Source: Octopus bimaculoides
Lineage: Eukaryota
Length of the DNA: 63,590 nt
Assembly: GCF_001194135.2 (NCBI RefSeq)
Contig: NC_068990.1
Span: forward strand, 6,536,739-6,600,328
Direction: 5' to 3'
In this document: in pieces, positions 33,641 to 44,682 of the stretch
Position numbering within the stretch: position 1 is the first letter of the stretch
Layout: every line of letters begins with the position of its first letter
Translations under genes and position numbers: made by a program
The notes under the pieces: model-generated
The model's database searches: none
What the model was told of the DNA's origin: nothing
What the model saw: only the letters and a program-made list of their open reading frames with translations

Positions 33641-34927
33641 TGGAATTCGATCATAACCACTTTCTTATTGCAGAGATATGCCTGTCACAAATTCGTTACC
33701 ATTTCTAACTGGTCAACGTTCAAACAAGAATTCGTCTAACTAACCATGCACACATAAACACAACGTCATGCATAAATAAAAGTGTTTTACAATGCTCACT
33801 ACAAAGTTATGTAACTTAAATTTTGCCTCAGAACTGGCTTTCACTTGTCACATCATGCCCTTGTTGAGCTGTCAGTAACAACAGACATATCAACCGACGG
33901 CAAAACATTGTGGTCGCTTCCTTTAAGCAGAGATACAGATTGACCGCTGAGCATTAGACAATAAATAAATAAAGTAGATGAAAAGATCTAAGGAGTATTT
34001 CATTTTGTTCCCTTAGGTAATCGTAAGAATTCTCGATTCTCGAAAATTGACATGCCATTAAAGAAAGGCAGTCTGATTGTCTGGAAGTAAACGGACACTT
34101 TTTGATTTGTATTCTTGTGTCAATAAGCATTATCAGTATAGCTGTTACTTTAAGTTCTCTCTAGCAGAATGACATACTTAGACGATATACAATAAACAGA
34201 AGCACGAGTTGAGAGAAGTAGTACAGAGAATAAGGAGAATAATATGTATAATAATATCAGCTTTTCTGATGAGTGCCACTTTCGCTTGATCACTCACTCG
34301 TATATACGTGTGTATATTTATTTATCTATCTGTCTGTCTGTGCATATATATATCTGTCTATGCATATATATATATATATATATATATAAATAAGCAACAC
34401 GGATTTCAAAGGTGATTGCAGTACGCACGTTTCATGCTACTTCAATATATTTAAGTAATGCGAGCATTACCTTAAATGCAATATGAAGAGCAATCTACAG
34501 TAATTTTTCTACATTTTCGTGCAGCTGAAGATTGCTCTTCATANNNNNNNNNNNNNNNNNNNNNNNNNNNNNNNNNNNNNNNNNNNNNNNNNNNNNNNNN
34601 NNNNNNNNNNNNNNNNNNNNNNNNNNNNNNNNNNNNNNNNNNNNNNNNNNNNNNNNNNNNNNNNNNNNNNNNNNNNNNNNNNNNNNNNNNNNNNNNNNNN
34701 NNNNNNNNNNNNNNNNNNNNNNNNNNNNNNNNNNNNNNNNNNNNNNNNNNNNNNNNNNNNNNNNNNNNNNNNNNNNNNNNNNNNNNNNNNNNNNNNNNNN
34801 NNNNNNNNNNNNNNNNNNNNNNNNNNNNNNNNNNNNNNNNNNNNNNNNNNNNNNNNNNNAACAGACGAGGACAGGTGGTGTAAATAACAAAAGTATATAT
34901 TAGTATGACGCTCGGGAATACGGAAAG

Positions 34928-34964
34928 TCTTTGACGTTTCGAGCTACGCTCTTCAACAGAAAGA
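34928..34964 (-). ncRNA. minimal type-I hammerhead-like motif, A6U core variant with extra A9b
   Basis: minus strand: UCUUU|CUGUUGA|A|GAGC gua GCUC|GAA|ACGU|C|AAAGA. Confidence 0.65.
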
Positions 34965-35054
34965 ATACGGAGACAAGGAGAAAAACACGGAGAAAAAAAA
35001 TTGAATAGTGTTCAGTCAACGGTCAATCATTATATATATATATATATATATATA

Positions 35055-35465
35055 GGCGCAGGACTGGCTATGTGGTAAGTAGCTTGCTTACCAACCACAT
35101 GGTTCCGGGTTCAGTCCCACTGCGGGGCAACTTGGGCAAGTGTCTTCTACTATAGCCTCGGGCCTACCAAAGCCTTGTGAGTGCATTTGGTAGACGGAAA
35201 CTGAAAGAAGCCCGTCGTATATATGTATATATACACATATATATGTGTGTATGTTTGTGTGTCTGTGATTGTCCCCCTAGCATTGCTTGACAGTCGATGA
35301 TGGCGTGTTTATGTCCGCGTTACATAGTGGTTCAGCAAAAGAGACCGATAGAATAAGTACTAGGCTTACAAAGAATAAGTCCCGGGGTCGATTTGCTCGA
35401 CTAAAGGCAGTGCTCCAGCATGGCCGCAGTCAAATGACTGAAACAAGTAAAAGAGAGTAAAAGAT
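35055..35465 (+). mobile_element. SINE family 1, full length
   Basis: ggcgcagg..tggtaagtagc..gggttcagtccc head; internal (TA)n/(GT)n; tail gactgaaacaagtaaaagagagtaaaag. Confidence 0.9.
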
Positions 35466-35470
35466 ATATA

Positions 35471-36676
35471 TGTAGTGAAACTACCTATCGCCATTAGATA
35501 CAAAACTACTTTCGCCATTCTTCTCATTTAAATATAAACAAGCGCGAGCGTAGCGGAGAACCCAACATTGTCATCACGTGACTGATCATTATTCGAATCG
35601 ACAACTTCTTCGAACCGTTCCCGCCAGAACGCCAACTGACCAATCACAGCCCTTAATAAGGTCACGTGATAGTGTTTTTCTACTACGGTCTTGGAGCCCT
35701 CTGAACGCTATAAATAGAGCAACTCATACCCAGCAAATTTGTCTCGGTTCAGTTCTCTTTGAGATCTGTTCCGTCTACCACACGACAGCAGCAGCAGCAG
35801 CCAGCGNNNNNNNNNNNNNNNNNNNNNNNNNNNNNNNNNNNNNNNNNNNNNNNNNNNNNNNNNNNNNNNNNNNNNNNNNNNNNNNNNNNNNNNNNNNNNN
35901 NNNNNNNNNNNNNNNNNNNNNNNNNNNNNNNNNNNNNNNNNNNNNNNNNNNNNNNNNNNNNNNNNNNNNNNNNNNNNNNNNNNNNNNNNNNNNNNNNNNN
36001 NNNNNNNNNNNNNNNNNNNNNNNNNNNNNNNNNNNNNNNNNNNNNNNNNNNNNNNNNNNNNNNNNNNNNNNNNNNNNNNNNNNNNNNNNNNNNNNNNNNN
36101 NNNNNNNNNNNNNNNNNNNNNNNNNNNNNNNNNNNNNNNNNNNNNNNNNNNNNNNNNNNNNNNNNNNNNNNNNNNNNNNNNNNNNNNNNNNNNNNNNNNN
36201 NNNNNNNNNNNNNNNNNNNNNNNNNNNNNNNNNNNNNNNNNNNNNNNNNNNNNNNNNNNNNNNNNNNNNNNNNNNNNNNNNNNNNNNNNNTACTAAAGAA
36301 CTGGTATAAATGCTCACGTGTTAATGACTCTTTCTATCTGCTGTAATAACTCACATACACACACATGTATCACTCACATACACACTTTTCTTTGTATGAC
36401 GGCCTGTCTTTGATTATGTTCTTATATGTCGCATTCACACTCTCACATACACATACATCTTTAACGCCATAATAAATATCTCTGTTATTCATCTTATACG
36501 GTTGTGGTCTTTCATTACTGGTCATCTATGTTATCGTCGCATAACATATCATGTATATCATCATTGATATATTAATTTTGTGTTCGACCGTGTGACACGT
36601 TTAAATAAAAGGAGTCCTCTGTTTTTCCATTCGTCACCATTCCTCCTTTTATGAGTTCGCACGGTCGTTCCTTACA
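35471..36676 (+). mobile_element. LTR-like element copy 2 (TGTA..TACA) with gap and internal insertion
   Basis: starts TGTAG after atatata, ends CTTACA before tatata; CACGTG 35575 and 35663, TTCCCGCC 35618, CCAAT 35640, TATAAA 35709, AATAAA 36604. Confidence 0.7.
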
Positions 36677-38257
36677 TATATATATATATATACACAGTTA
36701 TTTTTGAGATAGCTTCTTGCAGAGGTGCATAGTGCTAAAAGACATTGAAATATATCAGTAGGAGGAGAAAAGCGATCAGAAGCGCTGATTGAATTTCTAA
36801 ATCAAAATTTCTGTATCTTTACACGTCATCAGTAGCAGCTATCCACAATCAACCGCATGTTTAGACAAATTTCACTCCTACTATGATACAGAAAAGCAGT
36901 GATTAACAAATCACAAATCAACAAGTCGCGAATAGTCGTGATCAACAAGTCGCGAATAGAAAGAGGGGGCACATAAAGGCGAACTGCCCCCTTCTTAACA
37001 GCCAGATACCGGAAGAGGAGAAACAAGAAGAAAATAACAACAGAGATGAGAAAATATGGAAGAAGCAAATGTAGAAAGCAGAAAAGAGAGATTTCAGGAG
37101 GTACAAAATGTGTAATGAATACCAGACGGCAGTTTTTAAACAATACATTGTAACTTTATTAAAATAGGAATGAAAGCTGACAAGTCATGAACGAAGCGGG
37201 CGTATGTGTAGGAGTCAAAGGAAAGCGATAAAACTTACGAATGAACGAATGATTTAGTTGTCAGCCGTAAAAAGGTAGCTGTGATGGAAATAAACCATTC
37301 ATGATATATATTGAGTTGTGTAGATAAAGACTGACTGTAAAGGTGCACGCAAGGTGAAGTTGACAAAAACGAAATAGGATGTCCATGATGTGGTCAGCGT
37401 TGAGAACTTAATTCGATTCAGAAGTTTGCAGCGATAAGGTGGTAAGAAATACATAAAGGCAGGTTCCATCTTAGAGAAACGACGTTGTCCGTGTCGAGTC
37501 CATTCGCTGTCTGTCGAAAAACGCGCGCTTACCTATAAGGGCACATAACTGTCTTTTGTATTCATACGCGTCCAGCTCTGATTGGTTGGAGTATGTCATA
37601 GCACAACTGTGCTATGCTGCGCCAACAAAAATATAGTTTTCGTGACTCCTACAGGGCATAAATTTTAAGATGCAATGTAGTATAGCAAGTTCAGTCAAAA
37701 TATTCGAAGGAAACAGACAAGAATGTTATTAATGTACACAGGAACCGCTTGAAACTCTGATGATACATGGGAACTAGATTACTACGAAAAATGAAGTTTA
37801 CTCGAACTTATGAATATTATGGACCGCAAAGTAAATATAATTAAATTTACGATGTGATTGCATCTATAAAAACTCTCTTACTTTCTTACTGAATAAATAT
37901 GCATATAATCCACATATACTCACACAAGTAATTTTGTCTAACACCACAGACAAAAGTTCTAAACTTTCATTTATTGATATATATCTAATAGTGTCTTTAA
38001 ATGTTTATCGCCACTTCAATATAGCTGTTCCAAAGGAACCGACATTACTACCATTTAAAATCCCAGGAAGATGCCTCCTGCAGTTCGTTATTCGATGCAA
38101 TCTGCATCCGATATATTTTTATCCATTCTACTTAATATACAGTCGATTGCATAACTAGTTAGTTTATTAGTTATAACTATTCTTTCATATGCGTTTGACT
38201 TCTCTATTGATCTAAAAATAAATAAAATAAAATAAAACGTCCTTCCCGAGCCACAAG

Positions 38258-38472
38258 TTCATAAGGTCAGGTTTTCCCGGATTCTGTGCCATATATATTC
38301 ATCCCTGGACTGAACGTCGGTCAGCGGCCGGATTGTTCATTTTTGCTAGCTGAATGGACTGGAGCAACGTGAAATAAAGTGTTTTGCTCAAGAATACAGC
38401 GTATCATTCAGTCCAAGAATCGAAACAATCTTACGATCATATGTGCAACACCGTAGCCACTAAGTCACGTAC
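38258..38472 (-). mobile_element. SINE family 3
   Basis: catttttgctagctgaatggactggagcaacgtgaaataaagtgttttgctcaagaa is the reverse complement of the family-3 body. Confidence 0.75.
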
Positions 38473-38639
38473 CATTGCATCTGTTCGTTCGAATCGTTAA
38501 TAATGTATTTCTATTTTGTATTTTTGCAATCAATCTTTAGTTTGTTCATTTCCCATGTACTTCGTATGCAGAAATTCTTGTTTTGTCTATGAGCAGGCAG
38601 TGTATATTTTAGCTATTCTTTAGGTATGTCCCATATGTT

Positions 38640-38715
38640 TTCACTTGCATGTTTGAGCATATACATATGTACATGTGTTTATGTGTGTATATATGTTTGT
38701 ATATATGTATATTTG

Positions 38716-38773
<58 letters not shown>

Positions 38774-39606
38774 TATATACATGTGTGTGTATGTGTATAC
38801 AGATATATACGTCTGATGACGCAACGTAACAGGTATATACTATCAGTGCTCGGGTTGGCTTACTACTAAAACTCTAATCTGTGTGTATATGTCTGTGTCT
38901 ATGTGTTTATGAGTATATATATGTATGTGTGTGTCTGTATGTTACATATCTTTACCTATCTATCCAAGTCTTACGATTTGTCTCTCTTTGTCCAAATCTA
39001 GCTATCTATCCAAGCACACACAAACGCGCGTGCGCATACACATACACTGAAGTACACACACACTCACACACACACACACATGCACACATATACATGGTAT
39101 GATGACACGCCAAACAACTATATTGCTATGTAATGCGATGCTTATCATACAAGCAAGATCTGCTTTCATAAATTGACATATTGAGCTTAAATTGTAATTT
39201 ATTTATTTATTTATTCATTTATGTATTTATTCTTACCAATATTTGTTTGTTTTTGCTTATGGCTTTTAAAACAATGCAAAAGAAAATCTGAATCCAATTA
39301 CAGTTATTACATAATGCTATGTAATTTTGATATGACGTAAGGATTATTGAAACAGGAGCGAACATATTGCTATATTACTGATAATGGTTTCAGTTTTCCT
39401 TTCACACGCAATCACACACACATACACACACACACACACACACACGCACATGCACACACATACACACAGACACACACAGACACACAAGTACATAAATATG
39501 TATGTATGCGTGTGTGTGTGTATATACATATATGTAGATATGTATACATCTATCTGTCTGTCTCTCTCTCCGTCTCGCTGTCTGTCTTGTCTGTTTCTCT
39601 GTATGT

Positions 39607-39649
<43 letters not shown>
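38640..39649. repeat. compound (TA)/(CA)/(GT) microsatellite field
   Basis: low-complexity dinucleotide runs at 38640-38800, 38880-39100 and 39410-39649. Confidence 0.85.
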
Positions 39650-40019
39650 NNNNNNNNNNNNNNNNNNNNNNNNNNNNNNNNNNNNNNNNNNNNNNNNNNN
39701 NNNNNNNNNNNNNNNNNNNNNNNNNNNNNNNNNNNNNNNNNNNNNNNNNNNNNNNNNNNNNNNNNNNNNNNNNNNNNNNNNNNNNNNNNNNNNNNNNNNN
39801 NNNNNNNNNNNNNNNNNNNNNNNNNNNNNNNNNNNNNNNNNNNNNNNNNNNNNNNNNNNNNNNNNNNNNNNNNNNNNNNNNNNNNNNNNNNNNNNNNNNN
39901 NNNNNNNNNNNNNNNNNNNNNNNNNNNNNNNNNNNNNNNNNNNNNNNNNNNNNNNNNNNNNNNNNNNNNNNNNNNNNNNNNNNNNNNNNNNNNNNNNNNN
40001 NNNNNNNNNNNNGATATAC

Positions 40020-40200
40020 TCTTTATGCTGCATGTCTCGTTTCTCTGTTTGTTTTTTTTCGTTGTTCGAAAAAAGTTCGTTTTCTGTTTTCGTTTTTCGT
40101 TTCTCATTGTGTTTAACGTTTTTTTGATGTCCTGTACCCATATATGCATGTATGTATACATATAGATGTAGGTATGTACATATATATATGAATATATGCA
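40020..40200 (-). repeat. dispersed repeat homologous to 62940-63060
   Basis: shared acat.tacat..atatat(a/c)tgggtacaggac(a/g)tca(a/g)aaaa. Confidence 0.55.
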
Positions 40201-40639
40201 AATATCTATATATTTATATTATATATATGTGTGTGTGTTTGTGTGTGTGTACGTGTGTGTGTGTGCGTGTGTGTGTCTGTCTTTGAGTTTGTGTTTGTAC
40301 CACAAATTTGTTACAAGGCAACACTTCCCTCTCCACCCCCAACTTCCTTTTCAAGTTGATGAAGGCTTAGCCAAAGAGGAAAGTGCCTGTCTTTATCCCT
40401 TTCAAACGGGTCCACTATACTGTAATAACGATAATAATAATAATAATACTAAAGCACAAGTGAAGAACGAGTACATGAGTACATAGCGCGTGTGGTTATT
40501 TGACAAAAAAGGAAAATGATTATCCCGAAATATAACAATAAAAAGAGATAGGCTTTTTAATACAAGCTGTAAAACTTTTCAGCAAAGATATAGGTATGGA
40601 ATTTGGCATAGATAAGTGCACAATATTAGTCATAAAAAA

Positions 40640-40800
40640 AAGGAAGGGACAGGTAGTCAGCAGTGATCTGCTGGTATTTATTTCATCAGCCCGAAAGGAC
40701 GAGAGGCAAAGATGAGATCGGTGGAATTTGAACTCAGAACGTAAAGACGGGTGCATTGCCGTTAAGCATTTTGTCCGGCGTGCTAACAATTCTGCCAACT
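40640..40800 (-). mobile_element. SINE family 2
   Basis: ctggtatttatttcatcagcccgaaaggacgagaggcaaag..gaatttgaactcagaacgtaaag..gtgctaacaattctgcc. Confidence 0.8.
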
Positions 40801-40820
40801 CACCTTTTGTAGATTGAACA

Positions 40821-41550
40821 AAATCTGAATTAGCAAACGTCGTCAGAAGGATTAAGAAAGTATTCAATATGAATGGAGGATTTCATTCAACAGCAGGAGC
40901 AGCAAGATTGTATTTCTCTAGAAAGGAAGGTGGTAGAGGTTTAATATCAGTAGAAGACAATGTGGAGTTAGCTAGAGTAGATATAGCTTCCTATGTAGGT
41001 AATAGTGAGGAAATGTTATGAAGAGCTGCTTGTGTAGCAGTAGGAAATAGTGAAACCAAAGAGCCAAATCTAATTAAAAACCAGAAAAAAAAGAAGCAAG
41101 ATTATCTGACTGGCAAGAGAAGGCTTTGCATGGTAGATTTTCAAAGATAGTAGCAGAAAAATAGCAATAGTGAGACATGGTTGTGGCTGCAGAAAAAAAG
41201 GCTGGAAAGAGAGACAGAAAGTTTGTTAGCAGTAGCACACGATCAAGCATTGGGGACAAACTGGATAACTAAAATAGAGAAAAATCGGGTAAATTTCAAC
41301 TGTAGATTATGTAAATCAAAGGAAAAAAGTGTTACCCATATATCAATAATTAGTGAATGTAGTATGTTGACACAGAAGGAATACAAGAAAAGACATGGCA
41401 ACATAGGGAGTATAATCCATTGGAAGTTATTGTGTACAAAACTAGCATTTGACCATACTGATAAGAGGTATGAACATGAATCTAGTAAAATGCTAGAAAG
41501 TAAGAAATATAAGATGCGGGCTTTTAACATTCAACTTGACAGGAGAATTT
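40821..41550 (+). mobile_element. R4/Dong-like (RLE-type) non-LTR retrotransposon, degraded C-terminal fragment
   Basis: ARLYFSRKEGGRGLISVED, WQEKALHGRF, ETESLLAVAHDQALGT, CCHC knuckle CRLCKSKEKSVTH..SEC, KEYKKRHGNIGSIIHWKL; stops and frameshifts present. Confidence 0.8.
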
Positions 41551-43687
41551 ATGGGCATTGTTCCACAAAACTGATCTCTTGCCATACATTTCTTAAACAG
41601 AGTTCAATTTGTTTGTGTGTGTGTGTGCGTGTGTCGCATACTCTCTAATTTATGTCTTTTCGTTAATACAGAATTGCTTTCGTTTCTGTTTGGTCTAAAA
41701 CATGCTGAGGTATATTGAGTGTAACTTTTTTGTTCTAGTCTGTTAATGCATTTCTCTGTTTCTTTCAAATGCTCATGTTTATTGTTTAGTGGGATGATAC
41801 TGTTTCTAAACATGGCAAAATAAATATTTTTCTTTTTTGGTTTTACTGCTGTTTCTGTTGCTAGTATCTTTGTTGTCGTTACCATTATGAAGTTTTACTG
41901 TGGCAGTGGTTTTGGTGGTGTTAATGCACGATTTTGTTGATTTTGCGAGCCTGTTCGGTTGCCGTGTTGTTCTTGTCGTGGCTACTGTTGTTGTTGTTGT
42001 TGTTGTTGTTATAGATGCTACTGCTTCAGTTGATGGTTTTACTGCTGTTTAGCTACTGATACTGCTTCTACTGTTTTGAATTGCTACAACCTCTGTGATA
42101 TTATCCGATAGGAGATGACTGCAAAAGACGGTTTCACCTTCAAAATCTCCCCTGACCTTCCAGTCTTGCTCGCTACTCGACAAAGACGGCGTCATGTTGA
42201 AAATTTTCTGCTTCGGAAAAAAAAAAGTTTTCCTTTCTTTGAAATGTTGCCCAATAGGACAAGTAATGGAAATGGCTAATGATTCTAATCTACAAAGGAA
42301 AAAGTTAAAACAATATAATCAACAAAAAACAGAAACAAAGTTACAAACTCCTAGTGTTTCTAAAACATTTTCAGCTTCGGCAATAAACAATAATAACAAC
42401 ATTGTTAGAATTATTGTTAATTTTTATATAGTAACTGTGTTACATATTTTTGAGATGAGTATAACAGGTTACATCCAAACTAATACCAGAAAACATGTTA
42501 CTTTTTTTTTTATCTTCCTCGGAAAAAAGAAGAGATACACACTTGGTGCTATTAGGAATCTGATTATACCTTCTGTAAGGTATTTTGCCTGCCACTTCAC
42601 TGATTGTTGCACATCGTCTTTAAATTCTACTTACTAGAAAATCTATCCTTTTCAGATGAGTGTCTCAAATACGTGTGAGCTGTTTTGGGATAATGTTTCA
42701 TGTGTATTCGTGTACAGGTTGATTGTATCATTGCGTGAATATATTTTCGTGCATCAATATTTGAAGAGGAAACAAGAAATATAATTGATATTCTGAACTT
42801 TACAAGATTATGATGTTTGATAAGCAGAACTAATCGAAAGAAAAAAAGAAGACATTCCATAAAACAACTATATGTTATAGATATCGACTGGAGAGAGAAG
42901 TTTTATCTTCATCACTAAAAACCACTTATTACCACAATTCAACAAATGAAAGCATGGAAAATAAAAAGGTAAAAGACAGAGAAACAGTGTCAGTCGTTCA
43001 AACAACAAGGAAGGTTACAAGCAATTTAGGTACAAATCGATATTTAGAAATCGATTGTTTAACTAGTCATAGTCATCTCGAGAGATGCATGTGAAGACAC
43101 TGAACATAAGACATTTTCAGTTTTTTTTTGTCCACGTTATTGTTCATTTGAGATAATGAAAAGTACATTATCAGTGAGTAGTTGTTGCCAGATGTGGAAC
43201 AAGTGCTCCTTCGTTGTGATTAGCGTATTAATCAACAAAGCATATGTATACAAGTATTTTAGTGTTGTTTTCTTTTTCAGTCTAATCGGGAATCTAGAAT
43301 ACACTTTGAGAAAAAAGTAGAGGTAAGATGCAGGTGAACAGAGGACATGACCCAGTTTTGATTTTCGGTAGAGGTAATTTCTTATGTTGTTACACTTCTT
43401 ACTTATTTTGTTAATAGTCAAAATAAAGAAAAACATAAACACTAATGGCTAATCATATAACTTCTTTCTTGGAAATCTAATGGCCATTTCATGATAAAAA
43501 AAAAATCAATACGGAGCAAGTTACATTTGGTGTCCTCTAACTTTCGATATCTTTCTATAAACGTTTCATATTTAACACTAAACGGAAGACATTAAAATCA
43601 AACTTTTTATTTTCCTTCAGTAAAATTAGGTTTCATACCTATGTAGGATGAATGTATGGTAGCCATCATGATTTTTCTAATATAAAT

Positions 43688-43703
43688 ACGTACCTCTCTC
43701 CCC

Positions 43704-43767
<64 letters not shown>
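43688..43767. repeat. (CT)n microsatellite
   Basis: long perfect CT run. Other runs: (TA)n 9677-9715, (GT)n 19951-19995, (CA)n(GA)n 24304-24415, (TAA)n 22341-22370, (ATT)n 26176-26230. Confidence 0.95.
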
Positions 43768-43770
<3 letters not shown>

Positions 43771-43916
43771 AAAGAAAGAGGGAAAAAACAGAAAAGCATT
43801 AAAAGATTATAAGAGCAGTCGATATATCCATTAGACACAGATCTGAAACTTAATTTTTGCGCAAAGGAAAAATTTGAAGTATGAAATTAATGTCTTTCTC
43901 TTTGATATTGCCAAGG

Positions 43917-44395
43917 CAAAAGAGTTCAAATTTCGCTGAGGTTGACTTTGCCTTTCATCCCATCGACTAGCCCCCTTCCCCAAAATTTCAGGCCTTGTGC
44001 TTATAATAGAAAGGATATTACTAACCCAAATGAAACATACAAATATTGCCCCTATAGAAAGACCTATGAAAAATTACAGTACATAAATAAGAATGATAAT
44101 GGACAATTGAAATTTAAGAAAAATATATTTGTCAAAATTATGAAATATTTTGCATATATTCTGACAAAGTTATCTCTAATAATCCTTTCTACTATAACTA
44201 CCAGACCTGGAATTTGAGGGGAGGGGGTATAGTCGACCACATCTACCCCAGTACTTGACTGGTACTTAATTTATCAACTCCGAAAGGATGAAAGGCAAAG
44301 TCGACTTCGGCAGAATTTGAACTCAGAACATAAAGACGAACGAAATGCCGCTAAGCATTTTGCCTGACGTGCTAACGATTCTGCCAGCTCGGCTC
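43917..44395. mobile_element. two SINE family 2 copies in opposite orientation (43917-44015 +, internally deleted; 44190-44395 -)
   Basis: family-2 body and tail-type-2 motifs on both strands. Confidence 0.75.
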
Positions 44396-44682
44396 TTTGA
44401 AAGTTATCTCTAATAATGATATACGTTATTACAACGATGCGTTAAAACTGATTTTATTATCAAAATTCCTGATATAAAAATAATACTAATATATTTAAAA
44501 CTGTAAGAAAATACTAAGATTATATGGTATCATTCACTCTATAATAAGCAATAGCAAGAGATTTCAACATTTAATATGTAAAACATATTTCGATCACAGA
44601 TATTACGTTTTTTAATAGAAACTCCGTAAAAGATATATTTTTTTGTACTATCAACGATGCAATCCAAAGTAAACCGCAATAA

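Noticed and set aside
34266-34300. CTGATGAGTG..CACTC
   Set aside because: No GAAA after the stem.
35055-35125. tRNA genes at SINE heads
   Set aside because: A/B-box-like motifs continue into SINE bodies; no complete cloverleaf.
36790-36840. Minus-strand CUGAUGA..GAAA with a UGUA/UACA stem
   Set aside because: Two extra nucleotides before stem II and no stem I pairing.
36900-37680. CpG-rich stretch with a 19-bp direct repeat (atcaacaagtcgcgaatag) and small hairpins
   Set aside because: Probably an old transposon remnant, but no termini, ORF or second copy could be defined.
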